Shown here one piece after another: positions 29,836 through 40,131 of a stretch of 64,000 nucleotides of DNA. A program made the translations under genes and the position numbers. The DNA is taken from NCBI GenBank assembly GCA_963843575.1, contig CAWJKZ010000021.1, forward strand, positions 224,001 to 288,000. The letters run 5' to 3'. The notes under the pieces are model-generated. The model was not told where the DNA came from and did no database searches. It saw only the letters and a program-made list of their open reading frames with translations. The stretch is from an uncultured Acidobacteriota bacterium. GTDB lineage: Bacteria; Acidobacteriota; UBA6911. How positions within the stretch are numbered: the stretch's first letter is position 1; each line of letters starts with the position of its first letter.

Positions 29836-31881
29836 ATGCGTAAGGCGCTTGTGCTGGTGTTCGTCGCGGCCGTGGCGGTCGTCGCCCGAGGCGCGGCCCC
29901 GCACGCGTTTTCGGTGCATGACATGTTGGCGATGGACCGCGTCTCGGATCCGCAGGTCTCGCCCGACGGCAAGCTGGTGGCGTTCTCGGTGAGCGTTACC
30001 GACCTGGCGGCCAACGGGCGCCGTTCCGACATATATGTCGCGTCGGTCGACGGCTCCTTCGTGCGGCGCATGACCAGCGATGCGGCGAACGACACCCAGC
30101 CGCGCTGGAGCAGGGACGGCAAGGGGATCTATTTCGTGTCGGCGCGGGGAGGCTCGCCCCAGGTTTGGAGGCTCCCGATCGACGGCGGCGAAGCGAAGCA
30201 GGTGACCCGGCTGCCGCTGGGCGTCGACGCTCTGAGGGTCGCTCCTGATGGCAGATTCCTCACTTTCTCGCTCGCGGTCTTCCCCGGGAAGTCGCCGGAG
30301 GAGACGAGGCGCCTCCTGGACGAGAGGGCGAAGGCCAAATCTACCGGCGTCGTGTACGACCGCCTGTTCATCCGTCATTGGGACACCTGGGAGGATGGCA
30401 CACGCAATCACCTGTTCATCTACCCGCTCCCGGCCGGGCCCGCCCGCGATCTTATGCCGGCCATGGATGCGGATTGCCCGTCCAGGCCATTCGGCGGAGC
30501 CGAGGAGTATGGAGTGTCGCTCGACGGTCAGGATATCGTGTTTGCGGCAAAGGACGCGGGACGCGAGGAGGCGTGGTCGACCAACTACGATCTCTACCTG
30601 GTGCGTGCCGGCGGACCGGACGCGCCGCGCAAGCTCACCGGCAACCCGGCGTGGGATACGCAGCCGGCTTTTTCCCCCGACGGCAAGACCCTGGCTTACC
30701 TGGCCATGAGCCGCTCTGGGTATGAGGCGGATCGCTACGACGTCGTCCTGCGCGACTGGACAAGCGGCTCGGAACGCAGGATCGTGCTCCGCGCCGACGA
30801 GACCCCGCGCGGCGACCGTTCGGCGGGTGAACTGGCATGGTCCGCAGACGGCCGCGAACTGTACTGCACGGCCGATCACCTGGGACAGCACTCGTTGTTC
30901 GCCGTCGACGCGGCAAGCGGCAAGGCACGCATCGTGGTCAGGGACGGGACGACGGCGGGTCCGCAGCCCCGCCCGGATGGGCGGATCCTGTACAGCATGC
31001 ATTCGCTGCTCGGTCCCGCCGAACTCTACGACGCTGCGCGCGACGGCAGCGACGCCCGCAGGGTCACCCACTTCAACGACGACAGGGTGGCCGCCGCCAA
31101 GTTCGGAAGGCCCGAGCAGTTCACTTTCAAAGGGGCGAAAGACGAGACCGTCTACGGGTACCTCGTCCGTCCGGTGGATTTCGATCCCGCGAAGAAGTAC
31201 CCGGTCGCCTTCCTCATCCACGGCGGACCGCAGGGCTCCTTCGGCAACGACTTCCACTACCGTTGGAACCCGCAAGCCTACGCGGGTGCAGGCTACGCGG
31301 CCCTGACCGTCGATTTTCACGCGTCGACCGGGTACGGTCAGGCGTTCACCGATGCGGTCAACGGGGACTGGGGCGGGGCCCCTTACGAAGACCTGATGAA
31401 GGGCCTCGACTTCGCGCTGCAGAAGTACCCCTTCCTGGACGGCGGCCGGGTGGGCGCGCTCGGCGCCTCCTACGGCGGCTACATGATCAACTGGATCGCC
31501 GGCCACACGGACAGGTTCAAGTGCCTGGTCAGCCATGACGGCAATCTCGACGAGCACATGGCCTACTACGACACCGAGGAGCTATGGTTCCCCGAGTGGG
31601 AGCATGGCGGCCCCGCATATGACCACCCCGAGGGGTACACGCGGCACAGCCCCCTCGGCTACGCCAGGAACTGGAAGACCCCGATGCTGGTGATACACGG
31701 GGGGAAGGACTACCGGGTCGCGGAGACGCAGGGGATCGCGGCTTTCAACCTGCTTCAGCGCAAAGGCATCCCGTCGCGGTTCCTCTATTTCCCGGACGAA
31801 AACCACTGGGTGCTGAAGCCCGCCAATACCATCCAGTGGCACGAGACCGTGCTCGCATGGCTGAGGCAGTGGCTGCAGTGA
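29836..31881 (+). CDS. S9 family (dipeptidyl/acylaminoacyl) peptidase, exported
   Basis: Signal peptide, PD40-like repeats, IHGGPQG, GASYGG, DYRV, DENHW. Confidence 0.94.
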   Translation: MRKALVLVFVAAVAVVARGAAPHAFSVHDMLAMDRVSDPQVSPDGKLVAFSVSVTDLAANGRRSDIYVASVDGSFVRRMTSDAANDTQPRWSRDGKGIYFVSARGGSPQVWRLPIDGGEAKQVTRLPLGVDALRVAPDGRFLTFSLAVFPGKSPEETRRLLDERAKAKSTGVVYDRLFIRHWDTWEDGTRNHLFIYPLPAGPARDLMPAMDADCPSRPFGGAEEYGVSLDGQDIVFAAKDAGREEAWSTNYDLYLVRAGGPDAPRKLTGNPAWDTQPAFSPDGKTLAYLAMSRSGYEADRYDVVLRDWTSGSERRIVLRADETPRGDRSAGELAWSADGRELYCTADHLGQHSLFAVDAASGKARIVVRDGTTAGPQPRPDGRILYSMHSLLGPAELYDAARDGSDARRVTHFNDDRVAAAKFGRPEQFTFKGAKDETVYGYLVRPVDFDPAKKYPVAFLIHGGPQGSFGNDFHYRWNPQAYAGAGYAALTVDFHASTGYGQAFTDAVNGDWGGAPYEDLMKGLDFALQKYPFLDGGRVGALGASYGGYMINWIAGHTDRFKCLVSHDGNLDEHMAYYDTEELWFPEWEHGGPAYDHPEGYTRHSPLGYARNWKTPMLVIHGGKDYRVAETQGIAAFNLLQRKGIPSRFLYFPDENHWVLKPANTIQWHETVLAWLRQWLQ

Positions 31882-31973
31882 TGGAGTCCTCGGCGCCGCT
31901 TTCGCATGCGTCCTGAGGCCGGAACCCCTGCGCCTCGGCGCCACACCGCTTCCCTCGGGCGCCGGAGGCCGTT

Positions 31974-33323
31974 CTACGTGCCGGATGCGGATGCGCTGCT
32001 GGCCTTGTGGCCCAGGGTGAACGCGCTGAACACCATCGTCAGCACGCAGCAGATCACCATCGCGATGAATACCCCGTTCCAGCCCCATCCGTCGGCGATC
32101 CAACCCACGCCCGTGCCGGAGATCGCGGAGCCGAACACGTAGCCGAAGAAGCCGGTGAAGCCCGCCGCGGTTCCCGCGGCCTTCTTGGGTGCAAGGTCGA
32201 GCGCGTGCAGCCCGATGATCATGATCGGGCCGTAGATCAGGAAACCGATCGCGATCAGGGCCGCGTAATCGATCCATAGCGGGCCTTTCAGGTTGAACCA
32301 ATAGACCACCACGGCCACCAGGGTCAGGCCCATGAACAGGATCGTGGCGGGGGCGCGCCTCCCCTTGAACCACTTGTCCGAAGTCCAGCCGCAGAAGATG
32401 GTACCCGGGATGGCGGCGTACTCGTACAGGGACCAGGCGACGCTGGATTCCCGGAAGGAGAAGCCCTTGGCCGTTTCCAGGTAGGTCGGGATCCAGTTCA
32501 CGACGCCGTAGCGGACGAAGTAAACGAATGCGTTGGCCACAGCGATCGCCCACAGGTACCGGTTGTTCAGAACGTGGCGGAAGAAGATCTCCCGGAACGA
32601 CAGGATGCGCTCGTGGTCGGCCGAGTAGCCGGTGGGGAAATCGTCACGGTATTGCTCGACCGGAGGCAACCCGCACGACTGCGGGGTGTCCTTCATGAGG
32701 AAAAATACGAGCACCGCGACGACCGCCGCGACCAGTGCGTTAAAATAAAACTTCGCACCCCAATCGTGGAAAATAGCGACGCCGGCCAGCGCCAGGTTGG
32801 CCACCACGGCGCCTCCGACGTTGTGGGCCACGTTCCACACCGACACGGTCACGCCGCGCTCCTTCGTGCTGAACCAGTGCACCATCGACTTCCCGCAGGG
32901 CGGCCAGCCCATTCCCTGGACCCACCCGTTGAGGGTCTGCAGCAGCACGAGGACGAAAAGGGACGTGTAGATGGCCTTGACGAACCCGCACGCAAAGACG
33001 ATTCCGCACGACAGCAGCAGCCCCAGCGGCAGGAAGTACTTCGGGTTGCTCTTGTCCGACACCGAGCCCATCAGGAACTTCGAAATGCCGTAGGCGATCG
33101 AAAGCCCCGTCAGGGCCATTCCCAACATGGCCTTCGAGTATTCCGGGTGCTCCCTGAGAATGTCCGGGATCGCCAGCGCGAGGTTGTTGCGGACCAGGTA
33201 GTACGCGGCATAGCCGAGGAATATGCCGGCGAAGACCTGCCGGCGCAGCCGCTTGTACTCCGGATCGATCCTGGACGCCGGAAGCGGTTCGGTGGCAGGT
33301 GCGGGCTTAAGCGGGCCAATCAT
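31974..33323 (-). CDS. glpT: Glycerol-3-phosphate:Pi antiporter (MFS, OPA family)
   Basis: N-terminus closely tracks GlpT (KPAP..LP...IDPEYKRLR.Q.F.GIF.GYAAYYLVR); QGMGWPPCG, WNVAHNVGG, PKKAAGTAAGFTG. Confidence 0.88.
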   Translation of the reverse strand: MIGPLKPAPATEPLPASRIDPEYKRLRRQVFAGIFLGYAAYYLVRNNLALAIPDILREHPEYSKAMLGMALTGLSIAYGISKFLMGSVSDKSNPKYFLPLGLLLSCGIVFACGFVKAIYTSLFVLVLLQTLNGWVQGMGWPPCGKSMVHWFSTKERGVTVSVWNVAHNVGGAVVANLALAGVAIFHDWGAKFYFNALVAAVVAVLVFFLMKDTPQSCGLPPVEQYRDDFPTGYSADHERILSFREIFFRHVLNNRYLWAIAVANAFVYFVRYGVVNWIPTYLETAKGFSFRESSVAWSLYEYAAIPGTIFCGWTSDKWFKGRRAPATILFMGLTLVAVVVYWFNLKGPLWIDYAALIAIGFLIYGPIMIIGLHALDLAPKKAAGTAAGFTGFFGYVFGSAISGTGVGWIADGWGWNGVFIAMVICCVLTMVFSAFTLGHKASSASASGT

Positions 33324-33490
33324 CGATTCCTCCACGTCTCTGCGCAGTGGCCGCGATCTTAACTCCAACGGGGCGCCGGGACCATGCGGATAATCGCCGG
33401 ATTGACCCCGGATGTCACTGCCCGCCGGCAGGATATAGCCGGCAGGCCGCACGGTGCGGCCTCAATCCGAAGCGGAGAATTGAACACGGC

Positions 33491-33778
33491 ATGAAAACCA
33501 TCACGGACACACTCGCAGGTGCCCGCATCGGGGAGCCGGCCTCGTTTCGCAGCCTGACCCGGCGGCCACCGTCGGTCGCCGACGCGGCCAGGTTCCTGGT
33601 GCGGATCAACCGGGCCAGGTCGAGGCAAACCGCGGCGCTGGGCGAGGGAGAGGACGTCCGGTTGTCCGGACGCGCCCTTCACGGCGCCGCCCTGGTGAAA
33701 GATACGTCCGTCGTCCACCTCGCCGTCTTCGCCGCGGGTAAGCCCCGGCAGGCGTGGCGCCCTTCGAGCGCCTCATGA
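33491..33778 (+). pseudogene. Probable internally deleted ARPP-1/DUF6569-like gene
   Basis: N-terminal IGEPASFRSLT fused directly to a C-terminal ALGEGEDVRLSG..LHGAALV....VVHLAVF. Family recalled from memory. Confidence 0.5.
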
Positions 33779-33932
33779 CGGTTCTTCCGCCCCGCGCGCG
33801 ACGGTGTTAGACTGCCCCCTGTTGCGCAACCAGAGATTTGCCCCCGGGCGCAGGTCTCAAGGCGGACTTCAGCCCGCGTCACCGGCACGCCTCGCGCCCT
33901 TTCCTGTACTCTCGAATCAACGGAGGGCCGTC

Positions 33933-34880
33933 ATGCATACGAACAATGACCCGGTGTCGCGCCGGAATTTCCTGATATCGGCAGCCGGCGCGGGGGCCGG
34001 GCTGGCCCTGGCCGGCGCGGCGCACCCGCAGGGTGAAGCGTCGCCGGCCCTGCCTCGCGTGAGCTTCGGCAAGACGCAGATCACACGCCTCCTCGTCGGC
34101 TCGAACCCGTTCTACGGGTATTCGCATTTCAACACCCTGCTCGACAGCCACATGCGCGAGTGGATGACCCAGGACCACAAGATGGACGTGCTGCACCGGT
34201 GCCAGAGTGCTGGCATCAACACCTGGCAACTCCACTTCAACGACCAGCCCGTCGAGGATTTCAAACGCTACCGCCGCGAGGGGGGGACGATGAACCTGGT
34301 CCTGCTCGCGGATTTCGCCCTGATGCAAAATCCGGGGCTGATGCCCACGGTGGTCAAAGAAATGGCCCCGCTCGGGATCGGGCACCACGGCAACCGCACC
34401 GACGAGCGGTTTCGCAGCGGCGAGACGGGGAAGGTGCGCGATTTTCTCAAGGCCGTGCGGGACAGCGGCGTGATGGTCGGCCTGTCCACCCACAACCCTC
34501 ACGTCATCGAGGAGGTGGAGAGCCAGGACTGGGACATCGACTACTACATGACCTGTCTCTACCGGGTGTCGAGGACCCGCGACGAGATGCGCAAGGAGCT
34601 TGGGGGAGAGGCGCCGCTGGGAGAAGCTTTTTTCGAGAAGGACCCGGAGCGCATGTGCAAGGTCGTCCGCCAGACCCGGCGCCCATGCCTGGCGTTCAAG
34701 GTGCTCGGGGCCGGGCGCAACATCGGCTCGAGCGGTGCGCTCGAGGCTGCTTTCCGTTTCGCGCTCACGCACATCAAGCCCACGGACGCCGTCATCGTGG
34801 GGATGTTCCCCCGGTTCAAAGACGAGGTGCGGGAAAATGTTGCGCTTGTGAGCCGCATCCTCTCGGAGCCGCAGGTCTGA
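33933..34880 (+). CDS. Tat-exported aldo/keto-reductase-like TIM-barrel protein
   Basis: SRRNFL Tat motif, ITRLLVGSNPF.GYSH, GLSTHNP, FKVLGAGR, VGMFP. Confidence 0.8.
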   Translation: MHTNNDPVSRRNFLISAAGAGAGLALAGAAHPQGEASPALPRVSFGKTQITRLLVGSNPFYGYSHFNTLLDSHMREWMTQDHKMDVLHRCQSAGINTWQLHFNDQPVEDFKRYRREGGTMNLVLLADFALMQNPGLMPTVVKEMAPLGIGHHGNRTDERFRSGETGKVRDFLKAVRDSGVMVGLSTHNPHVIEEVESQDWDIDYYMTCLYRVSRTRDEMRKELGGEAPLGEAFFEKDPERMCKVVRQTRRPCLAFKVLGAGRNIGSSGALEAAFRFALTHIKPTDAVIVGMFPRFKDEVRENVALVSRILSEPQV

Positions 34881-34920
34881 GTTCCGTCGCCTCGGGGCGG
34901 CCTTTTTTCGGGAGGAACCG

Positions 34921-35334
34921 ATGCACAGGGTCATGACGGTCGAAACCGTTTCGGGGCGCCAGGTGGTCTCCACGGGGACGCGCTGGGAACCCGTTATCGG
35001 ATACAGCCGCGCGGTCCGGGCCGGTGACTGGATTGCCGTGACCGGGACAATCGGACTGAGGCCCGATGGGACGTGTCCGCCGACCGCCGAAGAGCAGATG
35101 CGCCACGCCATGGAAACCATCGTCGCGGCCGTCGAGGCGCTCGGGGGGAAACGGACCGACATCCTGCGCACCCGGATCTTCGTGACCGACATCGGCATGT
35201 GGCAGGAGATCGGGCGGGTGCACGCCCAGTTCCTTGGAGACGTCAGGCCGGCGACGACAATGGTGCAGATCGGGGCCCTGGCGGACCCTGCTGCCGTGCT
35301 GGAAGTCGAAGCGGACGCGGTCGTCCCCCGCTAA
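34921..35334 (+). CDS. RidA/YjgF family protein
   Basis: WEPVIGYSRAVRAG, RTRIFVTDI, RPATTMV, EVEADA. Confidence 0.9.
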   Translation: MHRVMTVETVSGRQVVSTGTRWEPVIGYSRAVRAGDWIAVTGTIGLRPDGTCPPTAEEQMRHAMETIVAAVEALGGKRTDILRTRIFVTDIGMWQEIGRVHAQFLGDVRPATTMVQIGALADPAAVLEVEADAVVPR

Positions 35335-35355
35335 CCCCTCCGCCTTGGGATTCAC

Positions 35356-36441
35356 ATGAGAAATCTGCGCTGTGTCCTGCTCCTTTCCGCGGTACTGGTA
35401 TGCACGGCCGCCGCCGTCGGCGGATCGCGCCCGGTTCACACCTTCTCGATCGTCGCCCGTGACGCCGCCACCGGCCAGCTCGGGGTCGCCGTGCAGTCGC
35501 ACTGGTTCGCGGTAGGCTCGGCTGTCCCGTGGGCCGAGCCGGGCGTCGGGGCGGTCGCCACGCAATCGTTCGTGGACCCGAGCTATGGCCCGCTGGGGCT
35601 GGACTTGATGAGGGCGGGGAAGAGCGCGCCCGAGGCGCTGAAGGCCCTGCTGAACTCCGATCCCGGCAGCGACGTGCGCCAGGTCGCCATGATCGATGCG
35701 CAGGGTCGCGTGGCCGTCTGGACGGGCGGAAGGGACATCCAGGCCGCAGGGCACATCGCCGGCGCTCCTTCCTCCGACCTGCCGGCCAGCGGCGTCAGCG
35801 CCTCGAACCCGAACGCGACCGGCACCCTGAGCGTCGGCGCCGGTTTTTCGGTGCAGGCCAACCTGATGCTGAACGACAAGGTGTGGCCGGCGATGGCGAA
35901 CGTTTTCCGGTCGACCCGGGGCGACCTCGCCGATCGGATGTTGGCAGCGCTCGACGCCGCTCAGTCGGCGGGCGGGGATGCCCGCGGCAGGCAATCGGCG
36001 GCCCTGATCGTCGTCGACGGCAACCGCAAGGCAAGGGCGTCGGAACGCATCTTCGACGTTCGCGTGGACGATCACGCCGAGCCGCTCCTCGAACTGCGGC
36101 GCCTCGTGGCGCTGCAGCGCGCCTACAACCACATGAATGCAGGGGACGCCGCGGTCGAACGCAAGGACAACGCAGCCGCCCTGATCGCCTACGGCGAAGC
36201 CGAGCGGATCGCGTCGGCGACCCCCGGGGTGCCCCCGAGCCGGCTCGCCGAGATGGTCTACTGGCACGCCGTCGCGCTGGTGAATATGAAACGTGTGGAC
36301 GAGGCGCTCCCCCTGTTTCGCAAGGCGTTCGCGCTGGAGAGGAACTGGGCGGAGTTAACCCGACGGCTGCCGGGGGCCAGCCTCCTGCCCGACGATCCGG
36401 AACTCATCGAGCGCATCACCGGGCAGGCAAATCCCCGCTGA
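35356..36441 (+). CDS. DUF1028 (Ntn-hydrolase-like) protein with a C-terminal TPR
   Basis: HTFSIVARD..TGQLGVAVQS, GAVATQS, GGDARGRQSAAL, DVRVDDH.EPL.EL.RL. Confidence 0.9.
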   Translation: MRNLRCVLLLSAVLVCTAAAVGGSRPVHTFSIVARDAATGQLGVAVQSHWFAVGSAVPWAEPGVGAVATQSFVDPSYGPLGLDLMRAGKSAPEALKALLNSDPGSDVRQVAMIDAQGRVAVWTGGRDIQAAGHIAGAPSSDLPASGVSASNPNATGTLSVGAGFSVQANLMLNDKVWPAMANVFRSTRGDLADRMLAALDAAQSAGGDARGRQSAALIVVDGNRKARASERIFDVRVDDHAEPLLELRRLVALQRAYNHMNAGDAAVERKDNAAALIAYGEAERIASATPGVPPSRLAEMVYWHAVALVNMKRVDEALPLFRKAFALERNWAELTRRLPGASLLPDDPELIERITGQANPR

Positions 36442-36504
36442 GCGGAAGGCGTTCGCCCGCCCCAAAACCACGTGAAGCCGGCCCCCGCTTGATTATCGGG
36501 CCCG

Positions 36505-36825
36505 CTACTTGTCCGTTCTGAAATCCACCCGGCGCGCGACCAAGTTGTCCTTCTGGGCTGCGTCGACGAGACAGATGACCCTTCGGCCCTCTTTCAGGTC
36601 CTGCGCCGAAGCACCCGGCTTGTTGCGGGTCGTGAACACCGTCTGAGCGTCGAAGGACATAGGGATCTTGAGATTGTCCTTCTGGATGGTGAACGTGGAC
36701 TTGTCGTGGCTTACCAGGATTATGGTTCCGCTGTAGCGGATCCTCTTCTCCCCCTGGGCAAAGACCGGCGCGGCCAATGTCACCACCAGCGCCATTACAA
36801 GGCACAATCCGATCAAGCGTCGCAT
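36505..36825 (-). CDS. Small exported OB-fold-like (DUF5666-like) protein
   Basis: AAGGAG RBS, signal peptide ending VFA, DLKEGRRV...LVARRV. Confidence 0.7.
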   Translation of the reverse strand: MRRLIGLCLVMALVVTLAAPVFAQGEKRIRYSGTIILVSHDKSTFTIQKDNLKIPMSFDAQTVFTTRNKPGASAQDLKEGRRVICLVDAAQKDNLVARRVDFRTDK

Positions 36826-37124
36826 TCCGTGTCTCCTTTCGATTTCAATCCAGATCGTTGGTTGCCGAGGCAACTCGATGGTGCTCGACGAATCCTCTTT
36901 CGTCGGAACGGACCGCCCGGGAAGACCGACCACCCCGATCGGCGCCCCGGGAATTTGGTACCGTTTATACAACAAAATACGCATCTTTGTTCGGGAATGT
37001 TGCACTCGGCGCGCCGACAGGGGTCGGGTATCATAATGTCAGCGGTTCCTAACGGCCCCCCCGCCGGGCGCTCGTCTGCCGGCATCGTTGTCTGTCTGGA
37101 TTCACTCAACTAGGGAGGATGCAA

Positions 37125-37505
37125 ATGAAAACAGTGTATTGCCTTTGCCTCGCAGTCTGTCTGCTGTTCACGCTTTCCGTGTTCGCTCAGGGCGGCGACC
37201 CGCTGAGCGGCACCTGGGCCGGTGATTGGGGGCCGAGCGCGAACGACCGCAACCAGGTCACCGTCGAGCTGAAATGGGACGGCAGTACCTTGAAGGGAAC
37301 GGTCAATCCCGGAGCGAACGCGGTCGAGCTCAAGAACGCGACCTTCGACGCCAAAACCGGGGCGGTCCACTTCGAAGCCGACGCCAAGAACCGCAGGGGT
37401 GACCCGATCCACTACGTCATCGACGGCAAGGTCGCTCAGGGCACCATGAGCGGCAGCTGGGGCCACGACAACCGGAAGGGAGATTTCAAGATCACCAAGC
37501 AGTAG
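37125..37505 (+). CDS. Small exported beta-rich hypothetical protein
   Basis: GGAGG RBS, signal peptide, DPLSGTWAGDWG...KGDFKITK. Confidence 0.8.
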   Translation: MKTVYCLCLAVCLLFTLSVFAQGGDPLSGTWAGDWGPSANDRNQVTVELKWDGSTLKGTVNPGANAVELKNATFDAKTGAVHFEADAKNRRGDPIHYVIDGKVAQGTMSGSWGHDNRKGDFKITKQ

Positions 37506-37674
37506 TTCGAGCCGCACGGGTTCGGGTTTGATGCCCCATCTTCGTGCCGCACGAGGTTTCACCAGTTGGTGTGGTTTCCGGCGCCGCATTTTCCGCCCGG
37601 CATGGCGGAGTGCCGTGAAACGTGGGATCGCGCTCCGGAACGCGCCTTGCAGGAGGTGCGCTGCGGAGGTAACC

Positions 37675-38145
37675 ATGAAAACCCGAACGATCGTCGGTGG
37701 AGTGCTCTTGCTGATCCTGACGGGGACGGCGCCCGCGTTTACACAGGCGGCGCCGCAGCCGAGGGAGCCATATAAGTATCGCGTGATATTGTCGGCGGCC
37801 GGGGCGGGCGGCGGCTTCGCCTTGGGGGTCTGTGCGGGCCTGGCCGCGTTCGACGACGCGCCCTACGCCAACAGGAAGGTGTGGACGGCCGCCCTGGTTT
37901 CGGCCGCGGCCGGGGCCGTGGGAGGCTATTTCATCGGCCGCGCCGTGGACAAGTCCGCGGGCAAAACGAGCGTCCCGCCAAATGCCGCTCCGTGGAGGGC
38001 GGACTCGCTCGAGCGCAGCCTCGCGCGTGCGAGACTGCGGCTGCTGGCGGGTCAGGGGGCAAGCGACGGCGTTTTCCGCGCCGGGACCCGTTCGGCTGCG
38101 GGTACGGTCGACATTCGGATGAACGGCGGGGGCGCGATATGGTAG
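37675..38145 (+). CDS. Glycine-zipper membrane/exported hypothetical protein
   Basis: GGAGG RBS, signal peptide, GAGGGFALG and AAAGAVGGYFIG. Confidence 0.6.
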   Translation: MKTRTIVGGVLLLILTGTAPAFTQAAPQPREPYKYRVILSAAGAGGGFALGVCAGLAAFDDAPYANRKVWTAALVSAAAGAVGGYFIGRAVDKSAGKTSVPPNAAPWRADSLERSLARARLRLLAGQGASDGVFRAGTRSAAGTVDIRMNGGGAIW

Positions 38146-38184
38146 GTTTCCGATAGACGAGACACGAGGGGAAGGGAGCTGACA

Positions 38185-39084
38185 ATGTATCACCTGTCAC
38201 GACGCGATTTTCTCAAGGGGACGGTGGCGGCGGGCGTCGCCGCCGGCACGGGCCGCCTGACGCCGCCGGTCTGCGCCGCCAGGCGTTCTGCCGTCGACTG
38301 GGTCACGCTCGGCAACTCGGGCGTGAAGGTCACCCGGCTCGCCTTCGGCACCGGGACGTTCGGCGGTCGCGTGCAACGCGAGCTGGGTCAGGAGCAGTTC
38401 ACCCGGCTCGTCCGACACGCCTACGACCGTGGCATCCGCTTTTTCGAGTCCGCCGAAGCGTACACCGGCATGCACGGCATGCTGGCGCAGGCTCTCAAGG
38501 GTATACCGCGCGATTCTTACCGTCTCATGACCAAGTACCGCCTGCGCGAAACGGAAGACCCGAAGGCCACCATCGACCGGTTCCGCAAGGAGCTCGACTC
38601 CGAATACCTGGACATCCTGCTGATGCACTGTGTGCGCACCCCGGACTGGCCCGAGCAGTTCAAGCGGTTGCGCGACGAGTTCTCCGAAGCCAAGCAGAAG
38701 AAGATCGTGCTCGCGCACGGTGCGTCCTGCCACGGGCTTCTGCCGCTCCGGGCTTTCCCGCGCAATACGGGCTGGCTGGACGTGGCCCTCCTGAGGATCA
38801 ACCACCAGGGCGCCCGGATGGACACGCTCAAGCAGGTCGACACCAATGACCTGGGCGACGTGGGCGAGGTGACCACGCACCTCAAGTCCATTCACGCCAA
38901 GGGGACCGGCATCATCGGGATGAAGATCATGGGCGAAAGCCAGTTCAAGACGCCGGAGCAGCGCGACGCGTCCGTCAAGTTCGTCGTGGGACTGGGGACG
39001 GTGGACGCCGTCACGATCGGTTACAAAAGCACCGCCGAGGTCGACGAGGCGATCGAGCGCATCGACGCGCACCTGAACGCCTGA
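38185..39084 (+). CDS. Tat-exported aldo/keto reductase
   Basis: SRRDFLK, LGNSGVKVTRLAFGTG, YLDILLMHC, HGASCH, GMKIMG. Confidence 0.88.
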   Translation: MYHLSRRDFLKGTVAAGVAAGTGRLTPPVCAARRSAVDWVTLGNSGVKVTRLAFGTGTFGGRVQRELGQEQFTRLVRHAYDRGIRFFESAEAYTGMHGMLAQALKGIPRDSYRLMTKYRLRETEDPKATIDRFRKELDSEYLDILLMHCVRTPDWPEQFKRLRDEFSEAKQKKIVLAHGASCHGLLPLRAFPRNTGWLDVALLRINHQGARMDTLKQVDTNDLGDVGEVTTHLKSIHAKGTGIIGMKIMGESQFKTPEQRDASVKFVVGLGTVDAVTIGYKSTAEVDEAIERIDAHLNA

Positions 39085-39169
39085 GCCCGCGGGGCGATGG
39101 TCCCGCGCGGGTCGCTGCGACGGGCGCCGGGGGCACAAATACTGCAGAGACGACTACCGCACCCGGGTT

Positions 39170-39436
39170 TCAGGCGCGTAGGTGGACGTCTGTGACTGCG
39201 GAGCGTATCTCGGCGCGCAGGCCATATTGGATGGTGAAATCGTACGTCGACCGGATGAGCTGCAGCTCGTCGAATGCCATGACTTCCGTCGAGCAGTCAC
39301 CGGCTTTGAGCAGGAGTGAGAGCTTGCCCACGTCCGCCGCACCCCACTCGATGCTCCCGTCCATGCCGAGCTCTCGGGCGACGGCCTCAGCGGTGCGGTG
39401 CGCCCACTCTTTTCCGTTCTCCAGTTCCGTGGCCAT
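39170..39436 (-). CDS. Small acidic hypothetical protein
   Basis: GGAGG before the ATG at 39436, with coding-like codon usage. Confidence 0.6.
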   Translation of the reverse strand: MATELENGKEWAHRTAEAVARELGMDGSIEWGAADVGKLSLLLKAGDCSTEVMAFDELQLIRSTYDFTIQYGLRAEIRSAVTDVHLRA

Positions 39437-39608
39437 ACATCCTCCAAAGACCATTTCGGAATGGTGTGATTCTACTGCAAAACTGTCCAACCCGGGCACA
39501 TTTTTCCACGGTTAAACGAAGAGTGGGGGCTGCGGCTCGGGCAGCTGACGGACGCGGTTTGACTTGAGCTCCGCCCGGGCCTATCATCCGCCCATCGGGA
39601 GGAGGCGT

Positions 39609-40094
39609 ATGACCAACCTCGGATTCTGTGTTGAACGCAGGAAGGCCGAGCAACCCGCTTTCCTGCGAGTGCTCAAGGCGGTCCCCCAAGATCGATCCGG
39701 CTATCGCCCGGATCCCAAGGCGCGGACGGCGGCGGAACTGGCGTGGGTACTGGCCATGGAAGAGGCGGCCCTGCTCCGCCTGATCGATCAGGGAGTCGTC
39801 GAGTGGAAGGATCCCGGGCCGCCGGAGCGCTTGGAAACGACCGTCGCCGGTTTCGAGCGCGATTCGGCCGAGGTCAACTCGCGGCTGGAGCGCCTGGACG
39901 CGGCCTCGTGGGAGAAGAAGGTGCGTCTCCTCACGGGCGACGGCGGCACCTGGGAGGACTCACTCTCCAACATGGTTTGGGGTTTCCTCTTCGACGCCAT
40001 CCACCATCGCGGACAACTCAGCACTTATCTGCGGCCCATGGGGGGAAAGGTGCCGTCGATCTACGGCCCGTCGGCCGACGATCCTGGCCATTAG
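39609..40094 (+). CDS. DinB family protein
   Basis: YRPDPKARTAAELAW, IHHRGQLSTYLRPMGGKVPSIYGPSAD. Confidence 0.9.
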   Translation: MTNLGFCVERRKAEQPAFLRVLKAVPQDRSGYRPDPKARTAAELAWVLAMEEAALLRLIDQGVVEWKDPGPPERLETTVAGFERDSAEVNSRLERLDAASWEKKVRLLTGDGGTWEDSLSNMVWGFLFDAIHHRGQLSTYLRPMGGKVPSIYGPSADDPGH

Positions 40095-40131
40095 TCCCGC
40101 AGAGCCGGCCCGGTAGGAAAAATGGTCGCGG

